From Escherichia coli (lineage in GTDB: Bacteria; Pseudomonadota; Gammaproteobacteria; Enterobacterales; Enterobacteriaceae): 64,000 nt of DNA. The stretch is taken from assembly GCF_051903065.1 (NCBI RefSeq), contig NZ_CP178438.1. One strand, 5' to 3'. Positions 23,596-35,202 of the stretch are shown in pieces. Positions within the stretch are counted from its first letter, which is position 1; each line of letters starts with the position of its first letter. Under the pieces are notes generated by a model. It worked only from the letters and a program-made list of their open reading frames with translations, had not been told where the DNA came from and ran no database searches. The translations under genes and the position numbers were made by a program.

Positions 23596-23932
23596 TTTTT
23601 AATTCTTGAAAAAAATCTGCAAAACACGATAAATTGTCGTAGATCAAATTGGTGAGATCGTGACAATTTCGCTATAAATTGATCACTGTCGAAAAATGCA
23701 AATTTGCTCAATAAAAACCTGTTTATTGTAAGGATTTTGCGGCGTAATATAATTACGGGATCAATTTGGTTTATTCATTAACATATTTGTAACTTTTTTA
23801 TCATTGTCTTTTCCTCTTTTGATGAAATGGCAACGATAGAGGCGAGCAAATAATTTTGTATTGGGGCATGCGTGTGACCCTTTCTAACGGGGTTCACTCT
23901 CGGAGTCTTCATGCGATGAGCAAGGAGTCATG

Positions 23933-25501
23933 ATGTTAGATATAGTCGAACTGTCGCGCTTACAGTTTGCCTTGACCGCGATGTACCACTTCCTTTTTGT
24001 GCCACTGACGCTCGGTATGGCGTTCCTGCTGGCCATTATGGAAACGGTCTACGTCCTTTCCGGCAAACAGATTTATAAAGATATGACCAAGTTCTGGGGC
24101 AAGTTGTTTGGTATTAACTTTGCTCTGGGTGTGGCTACCGGTCTGACCATGGAGTTCCAGTTCGGGACTAACTGGTCTTACTATTCCCACTATGTAGGGG
24201 ATATCTTCGGTGCGCCGCTGGCAATCGAAGGTCTGATGGCCTTCTTCCTCGAATCCACCTTTGTAGGTCTGTTCTTCTTCGGTTGGGATCGTCTGGGTAA
24301 AGTTCAGCATATGTGTGTCACCTGGCTGGTGGCGCTCGGTTCAAACCTGTCCGCACTGTGGATTCTGGTTGCGAACGGCTGGATGCAAAACCCAATCGCG
24401 TCCGATTTCAACTTTGAAACTATGCGTATGGAGATGGTGAGCTTCTCCGAGCTGGTGCTTAACCCGGTTGCTCAGGTGAAATTCGTTCACACTGTAGCGT
24501 CTGGTTATGTGACTGGCGCGATGTTCATCCTCGGTATCAGCGCATGGTATATGCTGAAAGGTCGTGACTTCGCCTTCGCTAAACGCTCCTTTGCTATCGC
24601 TGCCAGCTTCGGTATGGCTGCCGTTCTGTCTGTTATTGTTCTGGGTGATGAATCTGGTTACGAAATGGGCGACGTGCAGAAAACCAAACTGGCTGCTATT
24701 GAAGCTGAGTGGGAAACGCAACCTGCGCCTGCTGCCTTTACTCTGTTCGGCATTCCTGATCAGGAAGAGGAGACGAACAAATTTGCGATCCAGATCCCTT
24801 ACGCGCTGGGCATCATTGCAACGCGTTCCGTGGATACTCCAGTTATCGGCCTGAAAGAACTGATGGTGCAGCATGAAGAACGCATTCGTAACGGGATGAA
24901 GGCGTACTCTCTGCTCGAGCAACTGCGTTCTGGTTCTACCGACCAGGCGGTTCGTGACCAGTTCAATAGCATGAAGAAAGACCTCGGTTACGGTCTGCTG
25001 CTGAAACGCTATACGCCAAACGTGGCTGATGCGACTGAAGCTCAGATTCAACAGGCAACCAAAGACTCCATCCCGCGTGTAGCGCCGCTGTACTTTGCGT
25101 TCCGTATCATGGTGGCGTGTGGCTTCCTGCTGCTGGCAATCATCGCGCTCTCTTTCTGGAGTGTCATCCGCAACCGCATTGGCGAGAAAAAATGGCTCCT
25201 GCGCGCCGCGCTGTACGGTATTCCGCTGCCGTGGATTGCTGTAGAAGCGGGCTGGTTCGTGGCTGAATATGGCCGCCAACCGTGGGCTATCGGTGAAGTG
25301 CTGCCGACAGCTGTGGCGAACTCGTCACTGACCGCAGGCGATCTCATCTTCTCAATGGTGCTGATTTGCGGCCTGTATACCCTGTTCCTGGTGGCAGAAT
25401 TGTTCTTAATGTTCAAGTTTGCACGCCTCGGCCCAAGCAGCCTGAAAACCGGTCGCTATCACTTTGAGCAGTCTTCCACGACTACTCAGCCGGCACGCTA
25501 A
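23933..25501 (+). CDS. cydA: Cytochrome bd-I ubiquinol oxidase subunit I
   Basis: Recognised CydA sequence; start placed at second Met ([12 protein letters not shown]). Confidence 0.97.
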
Positions 25502-25516
25502 GACAGGAGTCGTCAA

Positions 25517-26656
25517 ATGATCGATTATGAAGTATTGCGTTTTATCTGGTGGCTGCTGGTTGGCGTTCTGCTGATTGGTTTTGCAGTCACTGACGGTTTC
25601 GACATGGGGGTGGGCATGCTCACCCGTTTTCTCGGTCGTAACGACACCGAGCGTCGAATTATGATTAACTCCATTGCTCCACACTGGGACGGTAACCAGG
25701 TTTGGCTGATCACCGCGGGCGGCGCACTCTTTGCTGCCTGGCCGATGGTCTATGCCGCTGCGTTCTCCGGCTTCTATGTGGCGATGATCCTCGTGCTGGC
25801 GTCTTTGTTCTTCCGTCCGGTCGGTTTTGACTACCGCTCCAAGATTGAAGAAACCCGCTGGCGTAACATGTGGGACTGGGGCATCTTCATTGGTAGCTTC
25901 GTTCCGCCGCTGGTAATTGGTGTAGCGTTCGGTAACCTGTTGCAGGGCGTACCGTTCAACGTTGATGAATATCTGCGTCTGTACTACACCGGTAACTTCT
26001 TCCAGTTGCTTAATCCGTTCGGCCTGCTGGCAGGCGTGGTGAGCGTAGGGATGATCATTACTCAGGGCGCAACCTATCTGCAAATGCGTACCGTGGGCGA
26101 ACTGCACCTGCGTACCCGTGCAACGGCTCAGGTGGCGGCACTGGTGACACTGGTCTGTTTCGCACTGGCTGGCGTATGGGTGATGTACGGTATCGATGGT
26201 TATGTCGTGAAATCGACAATGGACCATTACGCAGCCTCTAACCCGCTGAATAAAGAAGTGGTTCGTGAAGCTGGCGCATGGCTGGTTAACTTCAACAACA
26301 CGCCAATTCTGTGGGCTATTCCGGCACTGGGTGTGGTTCTGCCGCTGCTGACCATCCTGACTGCACGTATGGATAAAGCCGCGTGGGCGTTTGTGTTCTC
26401 CTCCCTGACGCTGGCCTGCATCATCCTGACAGCCGGTATCGCAATGTTCCCGTTTGTGATGCCGTCCAGCACCATGATGAACGCAAGTCTGACAATGTGG
26501 GATGCAACTTCCAGCCAGCTGACGCTTAACGTCATGACCTGGGTTGCGGTGGTTCTGGTACCGATCATTCTGCTCTACACCGCCTGGTGTTACTGGAAAA
26601 TGTTCGGTCGTATCACCAAAGAAGATATTGAACGTAACACCCACTCTCTGTACTAA
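25517..26656 (+). CDS. cydB: Cytochrome bd-I ubiquinol oxidase subunit II
   Basis: 379-aa polytopic membrane ORF immediately after cydA. Confidence 0.97.
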   Translation: MIDYEVLRFIWWLLVGVLLIGFAVTDGFDMGVGMLTRFLGRNDTERRIMINSIAPHWDGNQVWLITAGGALFAAWPMVYAAAFSGFYVAMILVLASLFFRPVGFDYRSKIEETRWRNMWDWGIFIGSFVPPLVIGVAFGNLLQGVPFNVDEYLRLYYTGNFFQLLNPFGLLAGVVSVGMIITQGATYLQMRTVGELHLRTRATAQVAALVTLVCFALAGVWVMYGIDGYVVKSTMDHYAASNPLNKEVVREAGAWLVNFNNTPILWAIPALGVVLPLLTILTARMDKAAWAFVFSSLTLACIILTAGIAMFPFVMPSSTMMNASLTMWDATSSQLTLNVMTWVAVVLVPIILLYTAWCYWKMFGRITKEDIERNTHSLY

Positions 26657-26670
26657 GTAAGGAGCTAAAA

Positions 26671-26784
26671 ATGTGGTATTTCGCATGGATTCTGGGAACG
26701 CTTCTTGCCTGTTCGTTTGGGGTAATCACCGCGCTGGCGCTTGAGCACGTCGAATCAGGCAAAGCCGGTCAAGAAGACATCTGA
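26671..26784 (+). CDS. cydX: Cytochrome bd-I small subunit CydX (37 aa); below the ORF-track length cut-off
   Basis: ATG at 26671 behind a GGAG ribosome-binding site; translation MWYFAWILGTLLACSFGVITALALEHVESGKAGQEDI; stop overlaps ybgE start. Confidence 0.8.
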   Translation: MWYFAWILGTLLACSFGVITALALEHVESGKAGQEDI

Positions 26785-27077
26785 TGAGTAAGATTATCGC
26801 AACCTTGTATGCGGTAATGGACAAGCGCCCCCTGCGGGCGCTTTCCTTCGTGATGGCGCTTCTGTTAGCAGGATGTATGTTTTGGGACCCATCACGTTTC
26901 GCCGCGAAGACCAGTGAACTGGAAATCTGGCATGGTTTATTGCTGATGTGGGCCGTCTGTGCTGGTGTGATTCACGGCGTGGGCTTTCGTCCGCAGAAGG
27001 TTCTTTGGCAAGGGATTTTTTGCCCATTGCTTGCCGATATTGTTCTCATTGTCGGGCTGATTTTCTTTTTCTTTTAA
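26784..27077 (+). CDS. ybgE: Small inner-membrane protein of the cyd operon
   Basis: 97-aa hydrophobic ORF overlapping the cydX stop (TGATG). Confidence 0.8.
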   Translation: MSKIIATLYAVMDKRPLRALSFVMALLLAGCMFWDPSRFAAKTSELEIWHGLLLMWAVCAGVIHGVGFRPQKVLWQGIFCPLLADIVLIVGLIFFFF

Positions 27078-27226
27078 ATCAGAATTCTCTTTAAAAAATT
27101 ATGGGCCGCGCCAGGCCCATAAATTTTTACGCTCCCTTAACTTGCCCTCATTCCCAAACCTCAATCGCGCGCGTATAGTAGCAGCGTTTAAAAGCTCTAA
27201 CTTTTGTTGCATTACCGGGATGTAAA

Positions 27227-28320
<1,094 letters not shown>

Positions 28321-28323
28321 GCC

Positions 28324-28752
28324 ATGGCCAGAGCGCGTGGACGAGGTCGTCGCGATCTCAAGTCCGAAATCAACATTGTACCGTTGCTGGACGTACTGCT
28401 GGTGCTGTTGCTGATCTTTATGGCGACAGCGCCCATCATCACCCAGAGCGTGGAGGTCGATCTGCCAGACGCTACTGAATCACAGGCGGTGAGCAGTAAC
28501 GATAATCCGCCAGTGATTGTTGAAGTGTCTGGTATTGGTCAGTACACCGTAGTGGTTGAGAAAGATCGCCTTGAGCGTTTACCACCAGAGCAGGTGGTGG
28601 CGGAAGTGTCCAGCCGTTTCAAGGCCAACCCGAAAACGGTCTTTCTGATCGGTGGCGCAAAAGATGTGCCTTACGATGAAATAATTAAAGCACTGAACTT
28701 GTTACATAGTGCGGGTGTGAAATCGGTTGGTTTAATGACGCAGCCTATCTAA
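28324..28752 (+). CDS. tolR: Tol-Pal system protein TolR
   Basis: 142-aa ORF, ExbD/TolR-like. Confidence 0.97.
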   Translation: MARARGRGRRDLKSEINIVPLLDVLLVLLLIFMATAPIITQSVEVDLPDATESQAVSSNDNPPVIVEVSGIGQYTVVVEKDRLERLPPEQVVAEVSSRFKANPKTVFLIGGAKDVPYDEIIKALNLLHSAGVKSVGLMTQPI

Positions 28753-28816
28753 ACATCTGCGTTTCCCTTGCTTGAAAGAGAGCGGGTAACAGGCGAACAG
28801 TTTTTGGAAACCGAGA

Positions 28817-30097
28817 GTGTCAAAGGCAACCGAACAAAACGACAAGCTCAAGCGGGCGATAATTATTTCAGCAGTGCTGCATGTCATCTTATTTGCGGCG
28901 CTGATCTGGAGTTCGTTCGATGAGAATATAGAAGCTTCAGCCGGAGGCGGCGGTGGTTCGTCCATCGACGCTGTCATGGTTGATTCAGGTGCGGTAGTTG
29001 AGCAGTACAAACGCATGCAAAGCCAGGAATCAAGCGCGAAGCGTTCTGATGAGCAGCGCAAGATGAAGGAACAGCAGGCTGCTGAAGAACTGCGTGAGAA
29101 ACAAGCGGCTGAACAGGAACGCCTGAAGCAACTTGAGAAAGAGCGGTTAGCTGCTCAGGAACAGAAAAAGCAGGCTGAAGAAGCCGCAAAACAGGCCGAG
29201 TTAAAGCAGAAGCAAGCGGAAGAGGCGGCAGCGAAAGCGGCGGCAGATGCTAAAGCGAAGGCCGAAGCGGATGCTAAAGCTGCGGAAGAAGCAGCGAAGA
29301 AAGCGGCTGCAGACGCGAAGAAAAAAGCAGAAGCAGAAGCCGCCAAAGCCGCAGCCGAAGCGCAGAAAAAAGCCGAGGCAGCAGCTGCGGCGCTGAAGAA
29401 GAAAGCGGAAGCGGCAGAAGCAGCTGCAGCTGAAGCAAGAAAGAAAGCGGCAACTGAAGCTGCTGAAAAAGCCAAGGCAGAAGCTGAGAAGAAAGCGGCT
29501 GCTGAAAAGGCTGCAGCTGATAAGAAAGCGGCAGCAGAGAAAGCTGCAGCCGACAAAAAAGCAGCAGAAAAAGCGGCTGCAGAAAAGGCAGCAGCTGATA
29601 AGAAAGCAGCGGCAGAAAAAGCCGCCGCAGACAAAAAAGCGGCAGCTGCAAAAGCAGCAGCTGAAAAAGCAGCAGCTGAAAAAGCCGCTGCAGCAAAAGC
29701 TGCCGCAGAGGCAGATGATATTTTCGGTGAGCTAAGCTCTGGTAAGAATGCACCGAAAACGGGGGGAGGGGCGAAAGGGAACAATGCTTCGCCTGCCGGG
29801 AGTGGTAATACTAAAAACAATGGCGCATCAGGGGCCGATATCAATAACTATGCCGGGCAGATTAAATCTGCTATCGAAAGTAAGTTCTATGACGCATCGT
29901 CCTATGCAGGCAAAACCTGTACGCTGCGCATAAAACTGGCACCCGATGGTATGTTACTGGATATCAAACCTGAAGGTGGCGATCCCGCACTTTGTCAAGC
30001 TGCGTTGGCAGCAGCTAAACTTGCGAAGATCCCGAAACCACCAAGCCAGGCAGTATATGAAGTGTTCAAAAACGCGCCATTGGACTTCAAACCGTAA
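28817..30097 (+). CDS. tolA: Tol-Pal system protein TolA (426 codons here)
   Basis: GTG start; N-terminal transmembrane anchor, long Ala/Lys/Glu-rich helical domain II, C-terminal domain III. Confidence 0.95.
   Translation: MSKATEQNDKLKRAIIISAVLHVILFAALIWSSFDENIEASAGGGGGSSIDAVMVDSGAVVEQYKRMQSQESSAKRSDEQRKMKEQQAAEELREKQAAEQERLKQLEKERLAAQEQKKQAEEAAKQAELKQKQAEEAAAKAAADAKAKAEADAKAAEEAAKKAAADAKKKAEAEAAKAAAEAQKKAEAAAAALKKKAEAAEAAAAEARKKAATEAAEKAKAEAEKKAAAEKAAADKKAAAEKAAADKKAAEKAAAEKAAADKKAAAEKAAADKKAAAAKAAAEKAAAEKAAAAKAAAEADDIFGELSSGKNAPKTGGGAKGNNASPAGSGNTKNNGASGADINNYAGQIKSAIESKFYDASSYAGKTCTLRIKLAPDGMLLDIKPEGGDPALCQAALAAAKLAKIPKPPSQAVYEVFKNAPLDFKP
29480..29700 (+). repeat. Imperfect tandem coding repeats in tolA domain II
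   Basis: Reiterated GCNGCNGARAARGCNGCNGCNGAYAARAAR units encoding (K)AAAEKAAADKK. Confidence 0.7.
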
Positions 30098-30229
30098 TCG
30101 CGATGCTGACTGTTCCGACGGTCAACATCAGGCACCGGTTGCCACGGGGTTCTGGTAGTTTTGTGTATTTTAGTTTGTTAACATTCTGCTAAATTATCGT
30201 GGGCCATCGGTCCAGATAAGGGAGATATG

Positions 30230-31522
30230 ATGAAGCAGGCATTACGAGTAGCATTTGGTTTTCTCATATTGTGGGCATCAGTTCTTCATGCTGAAGTCCG
30301 CATTGTGATCGACAGCGGTGTAGATTCCGGTCGTCCTATTGGAGTTGTTCCTTTCCAGTGGGCGGGCCCTGGTGCGGCACCTGAAGATATTGGCGGCATC
30401 GTTGCTGCCGACTTGCGTAACAGCGGTAAATTTAATCCGTTAGATCGCGCTCGTCTGCCACAGCAGCCGGGTAGTGCGCAGGAAGTACAACCAGCTGCAT
30501 GGTCCGCGCTGGGTATTGACGCTGTAGTTGTCGGTCAGGTCACTCCGAATCCGGATGGTTCTTACAATGTTGCTTATCAACTTGTTGACACTGGCGGCGC
30601 ACCGGGTACTGTACTTGCTCAGAACTCGTACAAAGTGAACAAGCAGTGGCTGCGTTATGCTGGTCATACCGCCAGTGATGAAGTGTTTGAAAAACTGACC
30701 GGTATTAAAGGTGCGTTCCGTACCCGTATTGCCTACGTTGTTCAGACCAACGGCGGTCAGTTCCCGTATGAACTGCGCGTATCTGACTATGACGGTTACA
30801 ACCAGTTTGTCGTTCACCGTTCACCACAGCCGCTGATGTCCCCGGCGTGGTCACCAGACGGTTCTAAACTGGCTTATGTGACCTTCGAAAGCGGTCGTTC
30901 CGCGCTGGTTATCCAAACGCTGGCAAACGGCGCTGTACGTCAGGTGGCTTCATTCCCGCGTCACAACGGTGCGCCTGCATTCTCGCCAGACGGCAGCAAA
31001 CTGGCATTCGCGTTGTCGAAAACCGGTAGCCTGAACCTGTACGTAATGGATTTGGCTTCTGGTCAGATCCGCCAGGTGACTGATGGTCGCAGTAACAATA
31101 CCGAACCGACCTGGTTCCCGGACAGCCAGAACCTGGCATTTACTTCTGACCAGGCCGGTCGTCCACAGGTTTATAAAGTGAATATCAACGGCGGTGCGCC
31201 ACAACGTATTACCTGGGAAGGTTCGCAGAACCAGGATGCGGATGTCAGCAGCGACGGTAAATTTATGGTAATGGTCAGCTCCAACGGTGGGCAGCAGCAC
31301 ATTGCCAAACAAGATCTGGCAACGGGAGGCGTACAAGTTCTGTCGTCCACGTTCCTGGATGAAACGCCAAGTCTGGCACCTAACGGCACTATGGTAATCT
31401 ACAGCTCTTCTCAGGGGATGGGATCCGTGCTGAATTTGGTTTCTACAGATGGGCGTTTCAAAGCGCGTCTTCCGGCAACTGATGGACAGGTCAAATTCCC
31501 TGCCTGGTCGCCGTATCTGTGA
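30230..31522 (+). CDS. tolB: Tol-Pal system periplasmic protein TolB
   Basis: Recognised TolB sequence; start placed at the second Met (MKQALRV). Confidence 0.95.
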   Translation: MKQALRVAFGFLILWASVLHAEVRIVIDSGVDSGRPIGVVPFQWAGPGAAPEDIGGIVAADLRNSGKFNPLDRARLPQQPGSAQEVQPAAWSALGIDAVVVGQVTPNPDGSYNVAYQLVDTGGAPGTVLAQNSYKVNKQWLRYAGHTASDEVFEKLTGIKGAFRTRIAYVVQTNGGQFPYELRVSDYDGYNQFVVHRSPQPLMSPAWSPDGSKLAYVTFESGRSALVIQTLANGAVRQVASFPRHNGAPAFSPDGSKLAFALSKTGSLNLYVMDLASGQIRQVTDGRSNNTEPTWFPDSQNLAFTSDQAGRPQVYKVNINGGAPQRITWEGSQNQDADVSSDGKFMVMVSSNGGQQHIAKQDLATGGVQVLSSTFLDETPSLAPNGTMVIYSSSQGMGSVLNLVSTDGRFKARLPATDGQVKFPAWSPYL

Positions 31523-31532
31523 TAATAATTAA

Positions 31533-32078
<546 letters not shown>

Positions 32079-32087
32079 GAGAATTGC

Positions 32088-32879
32088 ATGAGCAGTAACT
32101 TCAGACATCAACTATTGAGTCTGTCGTTACTGGTTGGTATAGCGGCCCCCTGGGCCGCTTTTGCTCAGGCACCAATCAGTAGTGTCGGCTCAGGCTCGGT
32201 CGAAGACCGCGTCACTCAACTTGAGCGTATTTCTAATGCTCACAGCCAGCTTTTAACCCAACTCCAGCAACAACTCTCTGATAATCAATCCGATATTGAT
32301 TCCCTGCGTGGTCAGATTCAGGAAAATCAGTATCAACTGAATCAGGTCGTGGAGCGGCAAAAGCAGATCCTGTTGCAGATCGACAGCCTCAGCAGCGGTG
32401 GTGCAGCGGCGCAATCAACCAGCGGTGATCAAAGCGGTGCGGCGGCATCAACGACGCCGACAGCTGATGCTGGTACTGCGAATGCTGGCGCGCCGGTGAA
32501 AAGCGGTGATGCAAACACGGATTACAATGCAGCTATTGCGCTGGTGCAGGATAAATCCCGCCAGGATGACGCAATGGTGGCATTTCAGAATTTCATCAAA
32601 AATTACCCTGATTCAACTTACCTGCCAAACGCCAATTATTGGCTGGGTCAGTTAAACTACAACAAGGGTAAAAAAGATGATGCGGCGTACTATTTTGCTT
32701 CGGTAGTGAAAAACTATCCGAAGTCACCAAAGGCTGCAGATGCGATGTTTAAAGTCGGCGTCATCATGCAGGACAAAGGTGACACCGCAAAAGCGAAAGC
32801 CGTATACCAGCAGGTTATCAGTAAATACCCTGGTACTGATGGCGCTAAACAGGCGCAAAAACGTCTGAACGCGATGTAA
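32088..32879 (+). CDS. cpoB: Cell-division coordinator CpoB (YbgF), TPR protein
   Basis: 263-aa ORF with signal peptide, coiled-coil and TPR regions. Confidence 0.95.
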   Translation: MSSNFRHQLLSLSLLVGIAAPWAAFAQAPISSVGSGSVEDRVTQLERISNAHSQLLTQLQQQLSDNQSDIDSLRGQIQENQYQLNQVVERQKQILLQIDSLSSGGAAAQSTSGDQSGAAASTTPTADAGTANAGAPVKSGDANTDYNAAIALVQDKSRQDDAMVAFQNFIKNYPDSTYLPNANYWLGQLNYNKGKKDDAAYYFASVVKNYPKSPKAADAMFKVGVIMQDKGDTAKAKAVYQQVISKYPGTDGAKQAQKRLNAM

Positions 32880-33042
32880 TGCATAACACACGACCAGAAG
32901 TCGCATTATTTCTGGTCGTGTCGTGCGAATCATAAGCAGTTGAGTGATCTACATCGAAATTTTTGTTGCGCTCAAGTCTGAAATCAGTAATATATGCCGC
33001 CGTTGCCACGGGATATCAAACAAACCGAAAGCAACGAAAAGT

Positions 33043-33118
33043 GGGTCGTTAGCTCAGTTGGTAGAGCAGTTGACTTTTAATCAATTGGTCGCAGGTTCGA
33101 ATCCTGCACGACCCACCA
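33043..33118 (+). tRNA. lysT: tRNA-Lys (anticodon UUU)
   Basis: 76 nt, GGGTCGTTAGCTCAGTTGGTAGAGC...CUUUUAAUC anticodon loop...CACCA. Confidence 0.95.
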
Positions 33119-33153
33119 CTAACCTAGTTAGTTGTAGTATCCAGCGTAGTATC

Positions 33154-33229
33154 GGGTGATTAGCTCAGCTGGGAGAGCACCTCCCTTACAAGGAGGGGGT
33201 CGGCGGTTCGATCCCGTCATCACCCACCA
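33154..33229 (+). tRNA. valT: tRNA-Val (anticodon UAC)
   Basis: 76 nt, GGGTGATTAGCTCAGCTGGGAGAGC...CUUACAAGG anticodon loop...CACCA. Confidence 0.95.
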
Positions 33230-33231
33230 CC

Positions 33232-33307
33232 GGGTCGTTAGCTCAGTTGGTAGAGCAGTTGACTTTTAATCAATTGGTCGCAGGTTCGAATCCTGCACGA
33301 CCCACCA
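33232..33307 (+). tRNA. lysW: tRNA-Lys (UUU)
   Basis: Identical copy of the tRNA-Lys sequence. Confidence 0.95.
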
Positions 33308-33358
33308 CTAATTACGGTGGGTTCGGTGGAAGTAGTTTGTAGTATCCAGCGCAGTATC

Positions 33359-33434
33359 GGGTGATTAGCTCAGCTGGGAGAGCACCTCCCTTACAAGGAG
33401 GGGGTCGGCGGTTCGATCCCGTCATCACCCACCA
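33359..33434 (+). tRNA. valZ: tRNA-Val (UAC)
   Basis: Identical copy of the tRNA-Val sequence. Confidence 0.95.
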
Positions 33435-33437
33435 CTC

Positions 33438-33513
33438 GGGTCGTTAGCTCAGTTGGTAGAGCAGTTGACTTTTAATCAATTGGTCGCAGGTTCGAATCCT
33501 GCACGACCCACCA
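33438..33513 (+). tRNA. lysY: tRNA-Lys (UUU)
   Basis: Identical copy of the tRNA-Lys sequence. Confidence 0.95.
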
Positions 33514-33593
33514 ATTTTAACATCAAACTCAGATGTTAAGCGTGAAGGATAACGTTGCGCCAGCAACGGCCCGTAGGGCGAGCGAAGCGAGTC

Positions 33594-33611
33594 ATCCTGC
33601 ACGACCCACCA
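33594..33611 (+). other. Orphan 18-nt copy of the tRNA-Lys 3' end (ATCCTGCACGACCCACCA) in the lysY-lysZ spacer
   Basis: Exact match to the last 18 nt of the tRNA-Lys genes with no upstream tRNA body. Confidence 0.6.
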
Positions 33612-33659
33612 ATCTTAAAGATTGGCCCCGAGTAAAAATCTTTCAGGTAACACCCGTAT

Positions 33660-33735
33660 GGGTCGTTAGCTCAGTTGGTAGAGCAGTTGACTTTTAATCA
33701 ATTGGTCGCAGGTTCGAATCCTGCACGACCCACCA
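33660..33735 (+). tRNA. lysZ: tRNA-Lys (UUU)
   Basis: Identical copy of the tRNA-Lys sequence. Confidence 0.95.
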
Positions 33736-33768
33736 TCCTGAATGATTAAAGCAGCATAATCCCGCAAG

Positions 33769-33844
33769 GGGTCGTTAGCTCAGTTGGTAGAGCAGTTGAC
33801 TTTTAATCAATTGGTCGCAGGTTCGAATCCTGCACGACCCACCA
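33769..33844 (+). tRNA. lysQ: tRNA-Lys (UUU)
   Basis: Identical copy of the tRNA-Lys sequence. Confidence 0.95.
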
Positions 33845-33850
33845 ATGTAA

Positions 33851-33876
33851 AAAAGCGCCCTAAAGGCGCTTTTTTG
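33851..33876 (+). terminator. Rho-independent terminator of the lysT tRNA operon
   Basis: Hairpin AGCGCC-CTAA-AGGCGCT followed by TTTTT. Confidence 0.7.
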
Positions 33877-34030
33877 CTATTCAGGCATCTCTCAATTTCA
33901 ATTCTTGACCCTGATGACATACTCCGCGCTTGCTGCGTAAACAACTTTACGTCGGAGGAATAAGACGCAAAGTGTGGCATTCGGCATCTCATACGTAATT
34001 CGAGTGACTTTTCCCCACCATTCGACTATC

Positions 34031-34048
34031 TTGTTTAGCATATAAAAC
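34031..34048. promoter_or_regulatory. Candidate NadR operator (NAD box) upstream of nadA
   Basis: TGTTTA-GCATAT-AAAACA palindrome about 75 bp upstream of the nadA start, close to the TGTTTA-N6-TAAACA consensus. Confidence 0.5.
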
Positions 34049-34121
34049 AAATTACACCGATAACAGCGAATATCACGCTAATGTCGGTTTTAACGTTAAG
34101 CCTGTAAAACGAGATGGTAAG

Positions 34122-35165
34122 ATGAGCGTGATGTTTGATCCAGACACGGCGATTTATCCTTTCCCCCCGAAGCCGACGCCGTTAAGCATTGATGAAAAAG
34201 CGTATTACCGCGAGAAGATAAAACGTCTGCTAAAAGAACGTAATGCGGTGATGGTTGCCCACTACTATACCGATCCCGAAATTCAACAACTGGCAGAAGA
34301 AACCGGTGGCTGTATTTCTGATTCTTTGGAAATGGCGCGCTTCGGTGCAAAGCATCCCGCTTCTACGTTGTTAGTCGCTGGGGTGAGATTTATGGGAGAA
34401 ACCGCCAAAATTCTCAGTCCGGAAAAAACAATTCTGATGCCGACACTTCAGGCTGAATGTTCACTGGATCTCGGCTGCCCTGTTGAAGAATTTAACGCAT
34501 TTTGCGATGCCCATCCCGATCATACTGTCGTCGTCTACGCCAACACTTCTGCTGCGGTAAAAGCGCGGGCAGATTGGGTGGTAACTTCAAGCATTGCCGT
34601 CGAACTTATTGATCATCTGGATAGTTTGGGTGAAAAAATCATCTGGGCACCCGACAAACATCTGGGGCGTTACGTGCAAAAACAGACGGGCGCAGACATT
34701 TTATGCTGGCAGGGTGCCTGCATTGTGCATGATGAATTTAAGACTCAGGCGTTAACCCGCTTGCAAGAAGAATACCCGGATGCTGCCATACTGGTGCATC
34801 CAGAATCACCACAAGCTATTGTCGATATGGCGGATGCGGTCGGTTCCACCAGTCAACTGATCGCTGCTGCAAAAACATTGCCACATCAGCGGCTTATCGT
34901 GGCAACCGATCGGGGCATTTTCTACAAAATGCAGCAGGCGGTGCCAGATAAAGAGTTACTGGAAGCACCAACCGCGGGTGAGGGCGCAACCTGCCGCAGC
35001 TGCGCGCATTGTCCGTGGATGGCCATGAATGGCCTTCAGGCTATCGCTGAGGCATTAGAACAGGAAGGAAGTAATCACGAGGTTCATGTTGATGAGAGGC
35101 TGCGAGAGAGGGCGCTGGTGCCGCTCAATCGTATGCTGGATTTTGCGGCTACACTACGTGGATAA
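34122..35165 (+). CDS. nadA: Quinolinate synthase
   Basis: 347-aa ORF, recognised NadA sequence. Confidence 0.97.
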   Translation: MSVMFDPDTAIYPFPPKPTPLSIDEKAYYREKIKRLLKERNAVMVAHYYTDPEIQQLAEETGGCISDSLEMARFGAKHPASTLLVAGVRFMGETAKILSPEKTILMPTLQAECSLDLGCPVEEFNAFCDAHPDHTVVVYANTSAAVKARADWVVTSSIAVELIDHLDSLGEKIIWAPDKHLGRYVQKQTGADILCWQGACIVHDEFKTQALTRLQEEYPDAAILVHPESPQAIVDMADAVGSTSQLIAAAKTLPHQRLIVATDRGIFYKMQQAVPDKELLEAPTAGEGATCRSCAHCPWMAMNGLQAIAEALEQEGSNHEVHVDERLRERALVPLNRMLDFAATLRG

Positions 35166-35202
35166 CGAATAATAAGGCGTAACGTTACGCTTTGGGGGAA
35201 AG

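Noticed and set aside
21066-23932. Searched the accessory gaps at 21066-21560, 23211-23932 and 61342-61452 for a hidden novel defence or toxin-antitoxin system
   Set aside because: No ORFs of 60 aa or more beyond those annotated and no paired small ORFs; the regions look like promoter or leader sequence and junction scars rather than cargo genes.
29155-29844. Poly-Ala/Leu/Ser ORFs antisense to, or out of frame with, the tolA repeat region
   Set aside because: Artefact of the repetitive GC-rich tolA domain II coding sequence.
33043-33844. Possible CRISPR-like array of regularly spaced repeats
   Set aside because: The repeats are 76-nt tRNA genes with cloverleaf features and CCA ends, spacers are irregular and there are no cas genes; no CRISPR array is present in the window.
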